A stretch of DNA of 64,000 bases from the NCBI GenBank assembly GCA_041946735.1, contig JBHGAY010000023.1, forward strand, positions 15,900-79,899, written 5' to 3'. This document shows, one piece after another, positions 50,056 through 58,426 of the stretch; the stretch's first letter is position 1; each line of letters begins with the position of its first letter. The stretch comes from Candidatus Eiseniibacteriota bacterium. Its GTDB lineage: Bacteria > Eisenbacteria > RBG-16-71-46 > CAIMUX01 > VGJL01. The notes under the pieces were generated by a model that was given only the letters and a program-made list of their open reading frames with translations, was not told the DNA's origin and did not search any database. The position numbers and the translations under genes were made by a program.

Positions 50056-51945
50056 CTACCGTCCTGTTCCCGCCCCCGGCGCTGTTCCCGCCCCCGGCGC
50101 TGTTGCCGCTCCCGGCGCTGTTCCCGCCCCGGCCGCTGTTCCCGCCGCTGCCGCTGCCGCCCGCCGCAGGAGATCCGCCGCACGCGCATCCGCCGGATTC
50201 CACACGCGGGCGCGCTGCGCCGCCATCGAAGCCGCCCGCGCGTCCCCGATCCGCAGCAGCACCTCGCCGTAGTCGTCCCAAAGGGTGGGATCGACCGGGA
50301 AGAGGCTCGTCGCGGCGGAGAACTCCCGCGCCGCGCCAAAGAGCTCGCCGCGCGCCGCCCGGCCGCGCGCGAGCCGCGCGTGGGCGTCGAGCAGGTCGAT
50401 CCGCTTCGATAGGAGGCCCTGCACGAGCTGGTCCTCTTCGGTGTCGTTCGTCCGCATGTAGAGCGCCCCCGACGAATCCCCCGCCGACGCGAGCAGCTCC
50501 GCCGCCTCCTCCCGGACCGACCGCGCGACGTACGGATACGGGGGCGCGGTGTCGCCTTCCCTCGTGTACGGCCAGCGGCGCAGGAGCTGATCGATCCGCG
50601 CGTCGGCGAACGCGAGATCGAGCCGCGTGAGCGCGGAGCCGCGCAGCCAGCACGCCGCCTCCCGCGCGTCGACCGGAGTGATCGTCCGCCCGAGAATCCG
50701 GTCCGCGACCGCGGCCGCGATGCGCGCATTGCCGAGGAAGGTCGGATGCAGATGCTCGACGAACGACTCCGCGCCCGGCGATCCAAACGGAGCGGCCTCG
50801 CGAAAGATGCGATCGACGGGGACGACCTCGACGTTCTGCCGGGCAGCAACCTCGCGCAGGGCGGCGTCGATCGCATCGGGCGCGCGAAACGGCACGCGGT
50901 CGAGATTGCGCGCCCGCGCGAGGTCCTCTCGGCCGCCCGCATCCCCGGTCGCCAGCCGCGCGATCCCGCGCAGGTAGGCGGCTCCGGCGTCCTGCGATTG
51001 CGCCGTGGCCAGCCGGTCCAGCTCCGGCAGCGCGTCGCGCGCCACCTCGGCCGCCGGGTTCGCGCCCGTCCATGACGCTCCCCTCGCGATCTGCGTCGCG
51101 CTCGGCGATCCCGGCCCGAACGGATAGAGGTCGCGCTCGTTCGAGACGACCTCGCACAGGATCACCTTCGTCCCCCGCTTCCGCGCGGCGTCGACAATGC
51201 GCTCGAGCGACCGCCGATAGCGCGCCGCCGCCTTCGCCCGCAAAGGACTGTCGATCGGGATCGTCGCGCGCGCGGCCAGTCGCTCCATCAGCGTCCCCGG
51301 ACGCTGTTCGGCCCGCGGCTTCAGCAGGACGCGCTCGAGCACCCGCGCAATCCGGAGGCTGCGCAGTCCCATCCCTTTCGTCCCCGCGCCATCGACGCCG
51401 TAGAACTCGTTGTGCCCGAGATAGACGACGAGGATGTCGGGATCGGCCTCGAGCATCTCCTCGGCGAAGGACGCGACGGTGCTCGAGCTGATCCCCGTCA
51501 TCCCGCAATTGATGACTTCCCAGCCGCCCGACGGCTCGCGCTCGTCCAAGATCTGCTGGAGCAGCGCGGGGAATCCGCCGGTCACGGGGAAGGGAAACCC
51601 CGCGGTCGTCGACTCGCCGATGCAGAAGATCCGCTTCGTCCCGGCCGGCTTCTCGGCCGGAAGCACCTGGAAGTTGGGGGACGGAGTGACGCCTGCGAGC
51701 GCGGGCGGGAAGTAGCGCTTGCCGAGGTCCGGGTTGATCTGCAGCCAGGTGCGGCCGCCGATCTCACGCGAGAGGTAGAAGGATGGCGGCCGGGCGACGC
51801 CCGTCAAACGCAACGCGCCCTCGATCCCCGCGAGCAGGACCCAGGGAAGCGCGATCAGGATCAGCCAGAAGCTCCAGGGAGTGCGGGTGCGCTGCCGCGG
51901 CGCGCGCTTCCCCGCGCGGTCCGCGGGGCCCTCGGTCTTCGGCAT
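50056..51945 (-). CDS. Membrane-anchored SGNH/GDSL hydrolase-like protein with TPRs
   Basis: N-terminal TM; IFCIGESTT, INCG, YLGHNEF, VEHLHP; ATG 51945 with GGAGG SD. Confidence 0.85.
   Translation of the reverse strand: MPKTEGPADRAGKRAPRQRTRTPWSFWLILIALPWVLLAGIEGALRLTGVARPPSFYLSREIGGRTWLQINPDLGKRYFPPALAGVTPSPNFQVLPAEKPAGTKRIFCIGESTTAGFPFPVTGGFPALLQQILDEREPSGGWEVINCGMTGISSSTVASFAEEMLEADPDILVVYLGHNEFYGVDGAGTKGMGLRSLRIARVLERVLLKPRAEQRPGTLMERLAARATIPIDSPLRAKAAARYRRSLERIVDAARKRGTKVILCEVVSNERDLYPFGPGSPSATQIARGASWTGANPAAEVARDALPELDRLATAQSQDAGAAYLRGIARLATGDAGGREDLARARNLDRVPFRAPDAIDAALREVAARQNVEVVPVDRIFREAAPFGSPGAESFVEHLHPTFLGNARIAAAVADRILGRTITPVDAREAACWLRGSALTRLDLAFADARIDQLLRRWPYTREGDTAPPYPYVARSVREEAAELLASAGDSSGALYMRTNDTEEDQLVQGLLSKRIDLLDAHARLARGRAARGELFGAAREFSAATSLFPVDPTLWDDYGEVLLRIGDARAASMAAQRARVWNPADARAADLLRRAAAAAAGTAAGAGTAPGAATAPGAGTAPGAGTGR
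50064..50153. repeat. 18-bp tandem repeat x5 encoding a (GTAPGA)-type C-terminal tail
   Basis: CTGTTCCCGCCCCCGGCG units at 50064, 50082, 50100, 50118 and 50136. Confidence 0.85.
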
Positions 51946-52083
51946 TCCTCCGCCTCCTCCCCCATTCCTCGGTAGTAGATCGAATCGACGGCCGCCTCCG
52001 GGCGACGGCCGTCGTCCAGCGTATCGCATCGGATCGCGGGCGAGGGAGCGCTTATCGAACGGGGGCCGACCGCGCACCCGCCA

Positions 52084-52569
52084 CTAGTCGTAGCCCAGAT
52101 CGAGAGGCCCGATCACCTGCGTCAGAACAATGGCATCGGTCACGAGACCGAGGGCGATCGCGATCGGCACGCCGATCCAGCCTTGGCGCAGCCGGACCCA
52201 CTCCAGATCGCGCATCGCGACCTTCTCCGTCTCCGTGCCGAAGTCGATCCGGAGGAGAACCGAGTCGGCGCCGCCGGGCTCGGCCGAGCCGTCGGGCGCC
52301 GCTGCGGCCGTGTCGAAACCGAGGAAGAGGCCGGTCTCCTGCCGCCGCCCCTCCCTCTTGAACGTCACGGTGCGCGAGGTGGTCAGGGCGCGAAGCGTAT
52401 CGGGCGGCAGCCGGTCCTTGCGGAGCTTCTCGCCCTCGATGACCGAAGCGACGGTGGGCATGAGGACGGTGCAGCCGCTCGGGACGAACCCGAGCAAGAG
52501 CATGATCGCGGCCAGGCGCACGTGCCGGTAGCGCGGGGCTGCGGCGGCCCACGAAGTCACTCGCATCAC
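52084..52569 (-). CDS. Hypothetical lipoprotein with C-terminal TM helix
   Basis: IMLLLGFVPSGC signal; beta-rich core; hydrophobic C-terminus. Confidence 0.6.
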   Translation of the reverse strand: MMRVTSWAAAAPRYRHVRLAAIMLLLGFVPSGCTVLMPTVASVIEGEKLRKDRLPPDTLRALTTSRTVTFKREGRRQETGLFLGFDTAAAAPDGSAEPGGADSVLLRIDFGTETEKVAMRDLEWVRLRQGWIGVPIAIALGLVTDAIVLTQVIGPLDLGYD

Positions 52570-52657
52570 GCCGGGAAAGGTACCGCAGCGAGCGCCGCAG
52601 CGGCAAGGAGCGAGCGAGCCTCACCTGCGCGCTCCGCTCCCCAGGAGCGAAGGAAGC

Positions 52658-52666
52658 TGGTACAAT
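52658..52666 (+). promoter_or_regulatory. Putative extended -10 promoter (TGG-TACAAT)
   Basis: TGn-TACAAT about 70 nt upstream of ATG 52738. Confidence 0.45.
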
Positions 52667-52737
52667 CGAGATCGCGTGATCGAGAGCCAGCGACGCCCGA
52701 GTCGCCAACCAGCAACCGCCGTGGAGCGATGTGAAGC

Positions 52738-54573
52738 ATGAAGAACACGACGATCCGTCCGATCCTCCTCGCCGTCTTGATCCTGCTGCTGCCGATGGTC
52801 CTCCTCACTCTCCGATTCGCTTCTCGCAAGGATGTTGCGTCGCCAGCCGGCGGCGCGGGCGAGAGCGCCGGCCTCGCTGGGGCCCCCGCGAACCTCGCCA
52901 CGCCGCCGGCCGAGGGCACCCCGCACGACAGCATCGTCGTCTCCCCTGCCGGCCACGTCTGGCGGTGGGGCCAGGTCGACGATCTCGGCTACGTGCTGCC
53001 GCTCGACGTGCGGCGCCCGAAGCCGCAGCACCCGCTCGGCCTGCCGCCGTCCCGCGAAGAGATCCTCGCTGCGCGCGCTCGAGAGGGCCAGAGGCCCGAG
53101 CCGCTGATCGAAGAGCACCGAGTCAGCCCGGACGATGGCCACACGCAGAACGAGACGGCGATCGACACCGACGGGGAGACGGTCCTGGCGGCGTTCCACC
53201 GTTTCGGCAACAACACGCTCGTCCTCGGGGTGGCGCGCTCTCTCGACGGCGGCCACACCTGGGATGGCGCCGAGGTCTCCGGCTCGCACACCGTCCTGAC
53301 CGATCCGTGCGTGAAGTCGGCGGGCGGCGGGCTGTGGATCCTCTCCTATCTCGCCTCCGGAGGCATCGGCGGATCGGACTACGACGTGTTCGCGCGCCGC
53401 TCGACCGACAACGGAGCGACCTGGGGCGCGCCGGTCGCTGTCGTGAACGACAACGGCCACGACGACAAGCCTTACACGGCGGCATCCGGCGAGTACGTCG
53501 TCGTCGGCTATGCAGACTTCGGCTTCTCCCCGGCGAAGGTCCGCGCCGTCCGCTCGACGAACGGCGGCGTCTCCTTCGATCACGACACGATCCTCGCGAA
53601 CAATTCCGGTGGCGGGAACGGCGCCTGCCCCATCATCGATCCCTCCGGGATCTTTCACGTTTTCTGGCGCGACAGCTACCAGGACAGCCTCTGGGTCTCC
53701 CATTCGACCGACCAGGGACTCACCTGGTCGGCCGACCGCGGGATCGTCGAGATGCATCCGCTCCCCTCGACGCTCCCGCCCGGCTTCCGGATGGTGAACC
53801 TGCCGTCCGCCGCAGCCGATCCGCTCACCGGCGCGATCGTCGTCGTCTGGAACGATCAGCTCTACGGAGATCCCGATATCCTCTCCGTGCGCTCGACCGA
53901 CGGCGGACAGACCTGGTCGGCTCCGATCCGCGTGAACGACGACGCGCCCGGCGCCACCCAGTTCTTCCCCTGGATCGCCTTCGACCCGCACGGAACCGCG
54001 CACGTCTGCTGGTACGACAGGCGCGAGAACGGCTCCGACATCGACGTCTACTACGCGAAGTCGCCGGATGACGGGGCGAGCTGGGACGCGAATGTACGCG
54101 TGACGCCCGCGTCCTTCCCGCCGATCCTCCCCTGGGACACGACGACCCCCTTCCTGGGCGACTACAACGCGATCGCCGCCAACGCGACGACCGTCTTCCC
54201 CTGCTACATGGACGCGCGCGAGGGGAACCAGGACGTCTACGTCGCCCTGCTGCCCGGCGGTCCGGCAGGCTCGGTGGCAGACGGCGCTCCGCTCGCGGCG
54301 GGACGGTTCAACGCGCAGCCCTTGCTGGCGGCCCCGAGCCTCTTCGGCGCCGGCGAGGTCGTGACGCTGCGCGCGGCGCGGCCGGCTCCCGCCGGCTCGG
54401 TCGTCGAGATCGTGACCGCCGACGGGCGGAAGGTGCGCGAGCTGGCGCTCGGCCCTGGCGGGACGGTGAGCTGGGAAGGCAGCGACGGCGACGGTGCTGC
54501 ACTGCCGAGCGGCGTCTACTTCGCCCGCTTGCGCGGGGTCGAGGGGGCGACGAGGCTCGTGAAGCTGCGGTGA
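52738..54573 (+). CDS. Secreted BNR/Asp-box (sialidase-like) beta-propeller with FlgD-Ig/T9SS-like C-terminal domain
   Basis: Six SxDxGxTW-type Asp boxes; QNET, DKP and FLGDY motifs; tail WEGSDGDGAALPSGVYFARL. Confidence 0.88.
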   Translation: MKNTTIRPILLAVLILLLPMVLLTLRFASRKDVASPAGGAGESAGLAGAPANLATPPAEGTPHDSIVVSPAGHVWRWGQVDDLGYVLPLDVRRPKPQHPLGLPPSREEILAARAREGQRPEPLIEEHRVSPDDGHTQNETAIDTDGETVLAAFHRFGNNTLVLGVARSLDGGHTWDGAEVSGSHTVLTDPCVKSAGGGLWILSYLASGGIGGSDYDVFARRSTDNGATWGAPVAVVNDNGHDDKPYTAASGEYVVVGYADFGFSPAKVRAVRSTNGGVSFDHDTILANNSGGGNGACPIIDPSGIFHVFWRDSYQDSLWVSHSTDQGLTWSADRGIVEMHPLPSTLPPGFRMVNLPSAAADPLTGAIVVVWNDQLYGDPDILSVRSTDGGQTWSAPIRVNDDAPGATQFFPWIAFDPHGTAHVCWYDRRENGSDIDVYYAKSPDDGASWDANVRVTPASFPPILPWDTTTPFLGDYNAIAANATTVFPCYMDAREGNQDVYVALLPGGPAGSVADGAPLAAGRFNAQPLLAAPSLFGAGEVVTLRAARPAPAGSVVEIVTADGRKVRELALGPGGTVSWEGSDGDGAALPSGVYFARLRGVEGATRLVKLR

Positions 54574-54610
54574 TGCCGAGTCTCGGGTGTCCGGCCGGAG
54601 AGTGAGATCG

Positions 54611-55066
54611 ATGAAGACCTGGCCGCGTTCGTTCGCGTTCCTCCGGGTCGCGCTCGCGTTGTTGCTCGTCCTCGCCTGCGGCTGCGGACTGAAACGGGTC
54701 TGCCCGCGCGCGCCCGAAACGGACGTCACCGCCGATTGCATCGCCGAGCGGGTGAGGCCCGGGGATGAGGTATGGGTCTACTCCCGATCCGGGGAAGCGC
54801 ATCGCGGGTCGCTCCTGCGGGTCGAGGGCGAGGCGGGCGGGGGCGGCGGCATCCCCGGTGGCGGTCTCGTCCTGGTCCAGCGTGGCGGCGCCTCGGTCGC
54901 CGCCCGCAACGACACCATCCGGCTCGCGCTCGCCGACATAGAGAAGATCGAGAAGTCCCGGGACGACAGCTCGTCCGTGCTCCTCGCCGGCGTCGTCGCC
55001 GGAGCTGTCGCCGTCACGGTCGCCTACCTGTGGATCGTTTCGGGGATCGGGGACGCGCTGAAGTAG
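54611..55066 (+). CDS. Hypothetical lipoprotein with C-terminal TM helix
   Basis: LALLLVLACGC signal; beta-rich core; hydrophobic VLLAGVVAGAVAVTVAYLWIV tail. Confidence 0.65.
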   Translation: MKTWPRSFAFLRVALALLLVLACGCGLKRVCPRAPETDVTADCIAERVRPGDEVWVYSRSGEAHRGSLLRVEGEAGGGGGIPGGGLVLVQRGGASVAARNDTIRLALADIEKIEKSRDDSSSVLLAGVVAGAVAVTVAYLWIVSGIGDALK

Positions 55067-55120
55067 GGCCCGGCGGAGCACACGAACACGCGACACGCTC
55101 CCACCCGGTGGACGCTCCTC

Positions 55121-55159
55121 AAGAAAAGATCCCCCGGCCGGTCATGAGGCCGGGGGATC
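55121..55159 (-). terminator. Rho-independent terminator
   Basis: GATCCCCCGGCC/GGCCGGGGGATC 12-bp stem with AAGAAAA on the left (U-tract on the minus strand), between convergent genes. Confidence 0.8.
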
Positions 55160-55218
55160 CCCATTCAATCCGAGTCTATTCGTCTGCTCCTTGATCCGCC
55201 GCAAGGACGAACCATGTG

Positions 55219-56289
55219 TCACGGGCAGTCGCAGTCCGGGTGCTCCACGGTCCCAGGAACGTAGTCACCGTGCGCCAGATGCTTGGGCAGCGCGTCGAGA
55301 CTGATCTCGATGCACTGGTACTCTCCCTCGTCATTCAAATGCGCCACCTTGACCTTGCTGGGCATGATGTCCCCGCCGTGGTTTGCATATTTCGTCATCG
55401 TGTAGCCGATGAATGTCGCCCAGCCAGTCTCCGTATCGATCCTCATGACGGGAGACCCGTCCGGAGGATCCCAGAAGGTGGTCAGACCGGTGCCATGAAG
55501 TACGTCGTGGTCATCGAAGGCGATCGACATCACTTCCTGGTGGTGCGGCGGCCCGGCTTCGGGCACGTTGTAGATGGGAGTCACGAGCGTGGATGCGCCC
55601 GTTTCGGTGTCGATGGTATACAGCTCGTTGTCGAAGGTGCCCCACAGCGTTCCATGGGAGTCGAATGCCAAGTCCATCCAGTTCGTATGGCCCGTGTCGC
55701 CGATCTGGGTGAAGACACCAGTCGCCTTGTCGATCTTCCAGAGATATGAGTTGCCCCAGATGTAGCCGAGATGGTTGACCTGGAATCCGCAGACATACAT
55801 GTTGCCGCATGCGTCAATGTCCGATCCTGCAGTGTTGAACGGTACAGGATCGCCGATGATCGTCACTTCTCCCGTTTTCGAGTCGATGCGCGAGAGGCGC
55901 GATTCGACTTTCGTCGGGTCGAAGGAGATCAGATTCATCGTGGCGTAGATGGTCCCGTCGACATCGAAGCAGATGCCGAACGTAAGGGGTCCCATGGCCT
56001 CCGGATCCTGGCCGGGATAAGGGTCGGGGCGCAGGACCCACTGGATGTCACCCGCACGACCATTGTGGAAATTGATCATCCTCAGGTCCGAGTAGCCGCC
56101 AGGGTCATCAGAGAAGAAGAGCGAGTAGTAACCTCCCGGGAGCAGCCCTGGCCGGCCCAGCGCTGTGCCGCCTAACGCATCGGAACCAAGGTCCGCGTTG
56201 ATCGGTGATGGTGGTGGTGCCTGGTCCTCTGTGCAGCCGGCAAACAAGAAAGCGAGTCCCACGCACGCGAGAACGAGGAGAGTCTTCAT
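55219..56289 (-). CDS. Lipoprotein with beta-propeller repeats and a small His/Cys C-terminal module
   Basis: LFAGC lipobox; five IDxxTG blades; tail KVKVAH..ALPKHLAHGD..HPDCDCP; GGAGG SD. Confidence 0.82.
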   Translation of the reverse strand: MKTLLVLACVGLAFLFAGCTEDQAPPPSPINADLGSDALGGTALGRPGLLPGGYYSLFFSDDPGGYSDLRMINFHNGRAGDIQWVLRPDPYPGQDPEAMGPLTFGICFDVDGTIYATMNLISFDPTKVESRLSRIDSKTGEVTIIGDPVPFNTAGSDIDACGNMYVCGFQVNHLGYIWGNSYLWKIDKATGVFTQIGDTGHTNWMDLAFDSHGTLWGTFDNELYTIDTETGASTLVTPIYNVPEAGPPHHQEVMSIAFDDHDVLHGTGLTTFWDPPDGSPVMRIDTETGWATFIGYTMTKYANHGGDIMPSKVKVAHLNDEGEYQCIEISLDALPKHLAHGDYVPGTVEHPDCDCP

Positions 56290-56767
56290 CGCTAGCCTCC
56301 ATCTGTCGTTCAGTAACGGTAAGGGGTTTCAGACCAGCGGCAGGCACTCTACCCACGCGCCGTGCGCCGGTCAATGGCTCGGTGGTGCCAGGTGCTGCAT
56401 CGGGTTCTGTTGGCCAACAATTCCTCCGACATGCGGGGGGGATCCGCCTTCGGGGAAGACCTACGACGAATGCGACTGCGCTCTCGGGCTCCCGACCGGG
56501 CCTTCTCACGCGGCGCGGAGGCAGAACCACGGACGGGACAGCCCGTCCTCGCCGTCAGGCAAAGACGAGGCACGCTTGACCATGCGGAGGCTTTCGAGGC
56601 TCCTTTCATCTCGCGCCCTCCGATGCGCTAAGCTGCTGAGCGTCGAGGCGGTCGGCTGGAGGCGAACGGAACGGCCTCCACCGAACGCCTCTCTGCTATC
56701 CCTGAGTTACAGAAGCGAGGAGACGCTCGGCGATGCTCGACGGCGGGAATGCGAGGCCAGCCCGACG

Positions 56768-58231
56768 ATGAAGACCAACCGCACGATGGTCGTGATCGCG
56801 CTGCTGCTCAGCGTCTTCATGGCGGCGATGGAGTTCACCGTCGTCTCGACCGCCATGCCGACCGTGATCGGCGACTTGGGCGGCATCCGGCTCTATTCGT
56901 GGGTCTTCACGGCCTACATGCTGGCGTCCACCGTGACGGTCCCGATCTACGGCAAGATCGCCGACCTGCGCGGCCGCAAGCCGGTCATGCTGTTCGGCCT
57001 CGTGCTCTTCCTCCTCGGGTCGATGGCCAGCGGACAGGCGCACTCGATGCCGCAGCTGATCGCCTTCCGCACGCTGCAGGGGCTCGGCGCCGGCGCGATG
57101 CAGCCGATCTCGCTCACAATCATCGGAGACATCTTCAGCGTCGAGGAGCGCGCTCGGATGCAGGGGCTCTTCGGCTCCGTCTGGGGTTTCGCGGGTCTGG
57201 TCGGCCCGCTCCTCGGAGGGATCATCGTCAAGGTCCTCTCCTGGCGATGGGTGTTCTACATCAACGTGCCGTTCGGCATCGCCTCCGGGCTCCTTCTGAT
57301 GACCGCGCTGCACGAAGGGATCGAGAAGCATCCGCACACGCTCGACTGGGGCGGCGTCGCCCTCTTCACGATCGCGTGCGTCGCGCTCCTGATGGGAGCG
57401 CATGGCGGTATGCTGGCCGCGATCGGGCTCCCGATCGCCGCGCTCGGCTTCGCGCTGTTCTTCCGAGCGGAGCGCCGCTCGCCCGAGCCGATCCTCCCGC
57501 TCGAGCTGTTCAGCCGCCGCGTCATGGCAGTGTCAAGCGCCGCCGGTGTGCTCGTCGGCGCCGTCATGATGGCTTCCGTTACGTACATTCCCCTGTACGT
57601 CCAAGGCGTGCGCGGACTGTCGCCGACGCAGGCGGGCGCCACGCTGACGCCGATCGTGATCGGTTGGCCTGTCGCGAGCGCGATCGGAGGCCGGCTCTCG
57701 CTCCGCCTCGGCTACAGGCACCTCGTCATCTGGGGCCTCGCGCTCGTCGCCGGCGCGAGCGTGCTGCTCGCCTGGTCGCTGGCCCACACGACCGGCCTGG
57801 CGATCCCCCGTATCGCGATGGGAATCATGGGAGCTGGCATGGGATTCTCGACGATCGCGATCCTCCTCGCCGTCCAGACGAGCGTCGAGTGGAGCCAGCG
57901 TGGAGTCGCGACCTCGAGCACGATGTTCTTCCGCATCATGGGCGGCGCGATCGCCATCGGGATCCTGGGCGCGATCCTCGCCTCGCACCTCGAAGGCGTC
58001 CCCTCCGCGTCGCCGGACCAGGCCAACCAGCTTCTCGGACCCACCCACGGGCACGGCCTTCCGCCGCAGGTCTTCCGGGCGCTTGCCTCCGCGCTCGACC
58101 AGAGCCTGATCACGATCTTCTGGGTGATCGCGGCAATCGCGGTGCTCGCCTTCCTCGTGTCGCTCTCCTTCCCGTCGCTCCGCTCGCCGCGAACGGGCGA
58201 AGCCCCGGCGGCCAGCGGCGCAGAAGGCTGA
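56768..58231 (+). CDS. MFS multidrug efflux transporter (DHA2, 14 TM)
   Basis: TVVSTAMPTV, YGKIADLRGRK, FRTLQGLGAG, GPLLGG..WRWVFYINVPFG. Confidence 0.95.
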   Translation: MKTNRTMVVIALLLSVFMAAMEFTVVSTAMPTVIGDLGGIRLYSWVFTAYMLASTVTVPIYGKIADLRGRKPVMLFGLVLFLLGSMASGQAHSMPQLIAFRTLQGLGAGAMQPISLTIIGDIFSVEERARMQGLFGSVWGFAGLVGPLLGGIIVKVLSWRWVFYINVPFGIASGLLLMTALHEGIEKHPHTLDWGGVALFTIACVALLMGAHGGMLAAIGLPIAALGFALFFRAERRSPEPILPLELFSRRVMAVSSAAGVLVGAVMMASVTYIPLYVQGVRGLSPTQAGATLTPIVIGWPVASAIGGRLSLRLGYRHLVIWGLALVAGASVLLAWSLAHTTGLAIPRIAMGIMGAGMGFSTIAILLAVQTSVEWSQRGVATSSTMFFRIMGGAIAIGILGAILASHLEGVPSASPDQANQLLGPTHGHGLPPQVFRALASALDQSLITIFWVIAAIAVLAFLVSLSFPSLRSPRTGEAPAASGAEG

Positions 58232-58426
58232 GTCCTCCCGAGCGAGCACGCCCCGCTCCATTCCGCGCCGCGTCCTCCCGTCCTCACCGCTCCCGTCGCC
58301 GCCCTCGTGTGTCGTCACCCTGGGATCCCCGCGGACTTGATGCTACTGTCGTTGCCGTCAACGAGCGGGTGAGCAGCAACGAGCGATCCCTGCGGTAAGT
58401 GGGCCGGCTCACAAGGAGGTCACGCC

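Noticed and set aside
55165..55221. Third SECIS candidate after ..CDCP-TGA (minus strand; TCCTTG/CAAGGA stem 11 nt downstream)
   Set aside because: Only a 6-bp stem with an 8-nt loop, the 17-codon extension does not look coding, and hairpins after true stops occur elsewhere here (e.g. just after 2624). Worth rechecking only if orthologues conserve it.
56290..56767. Riboswitch or ncRNA in the long divergent intergenic region
   Set aside because: No motif I can recognise by eye; an Rfam/Infernal scan would be needed.
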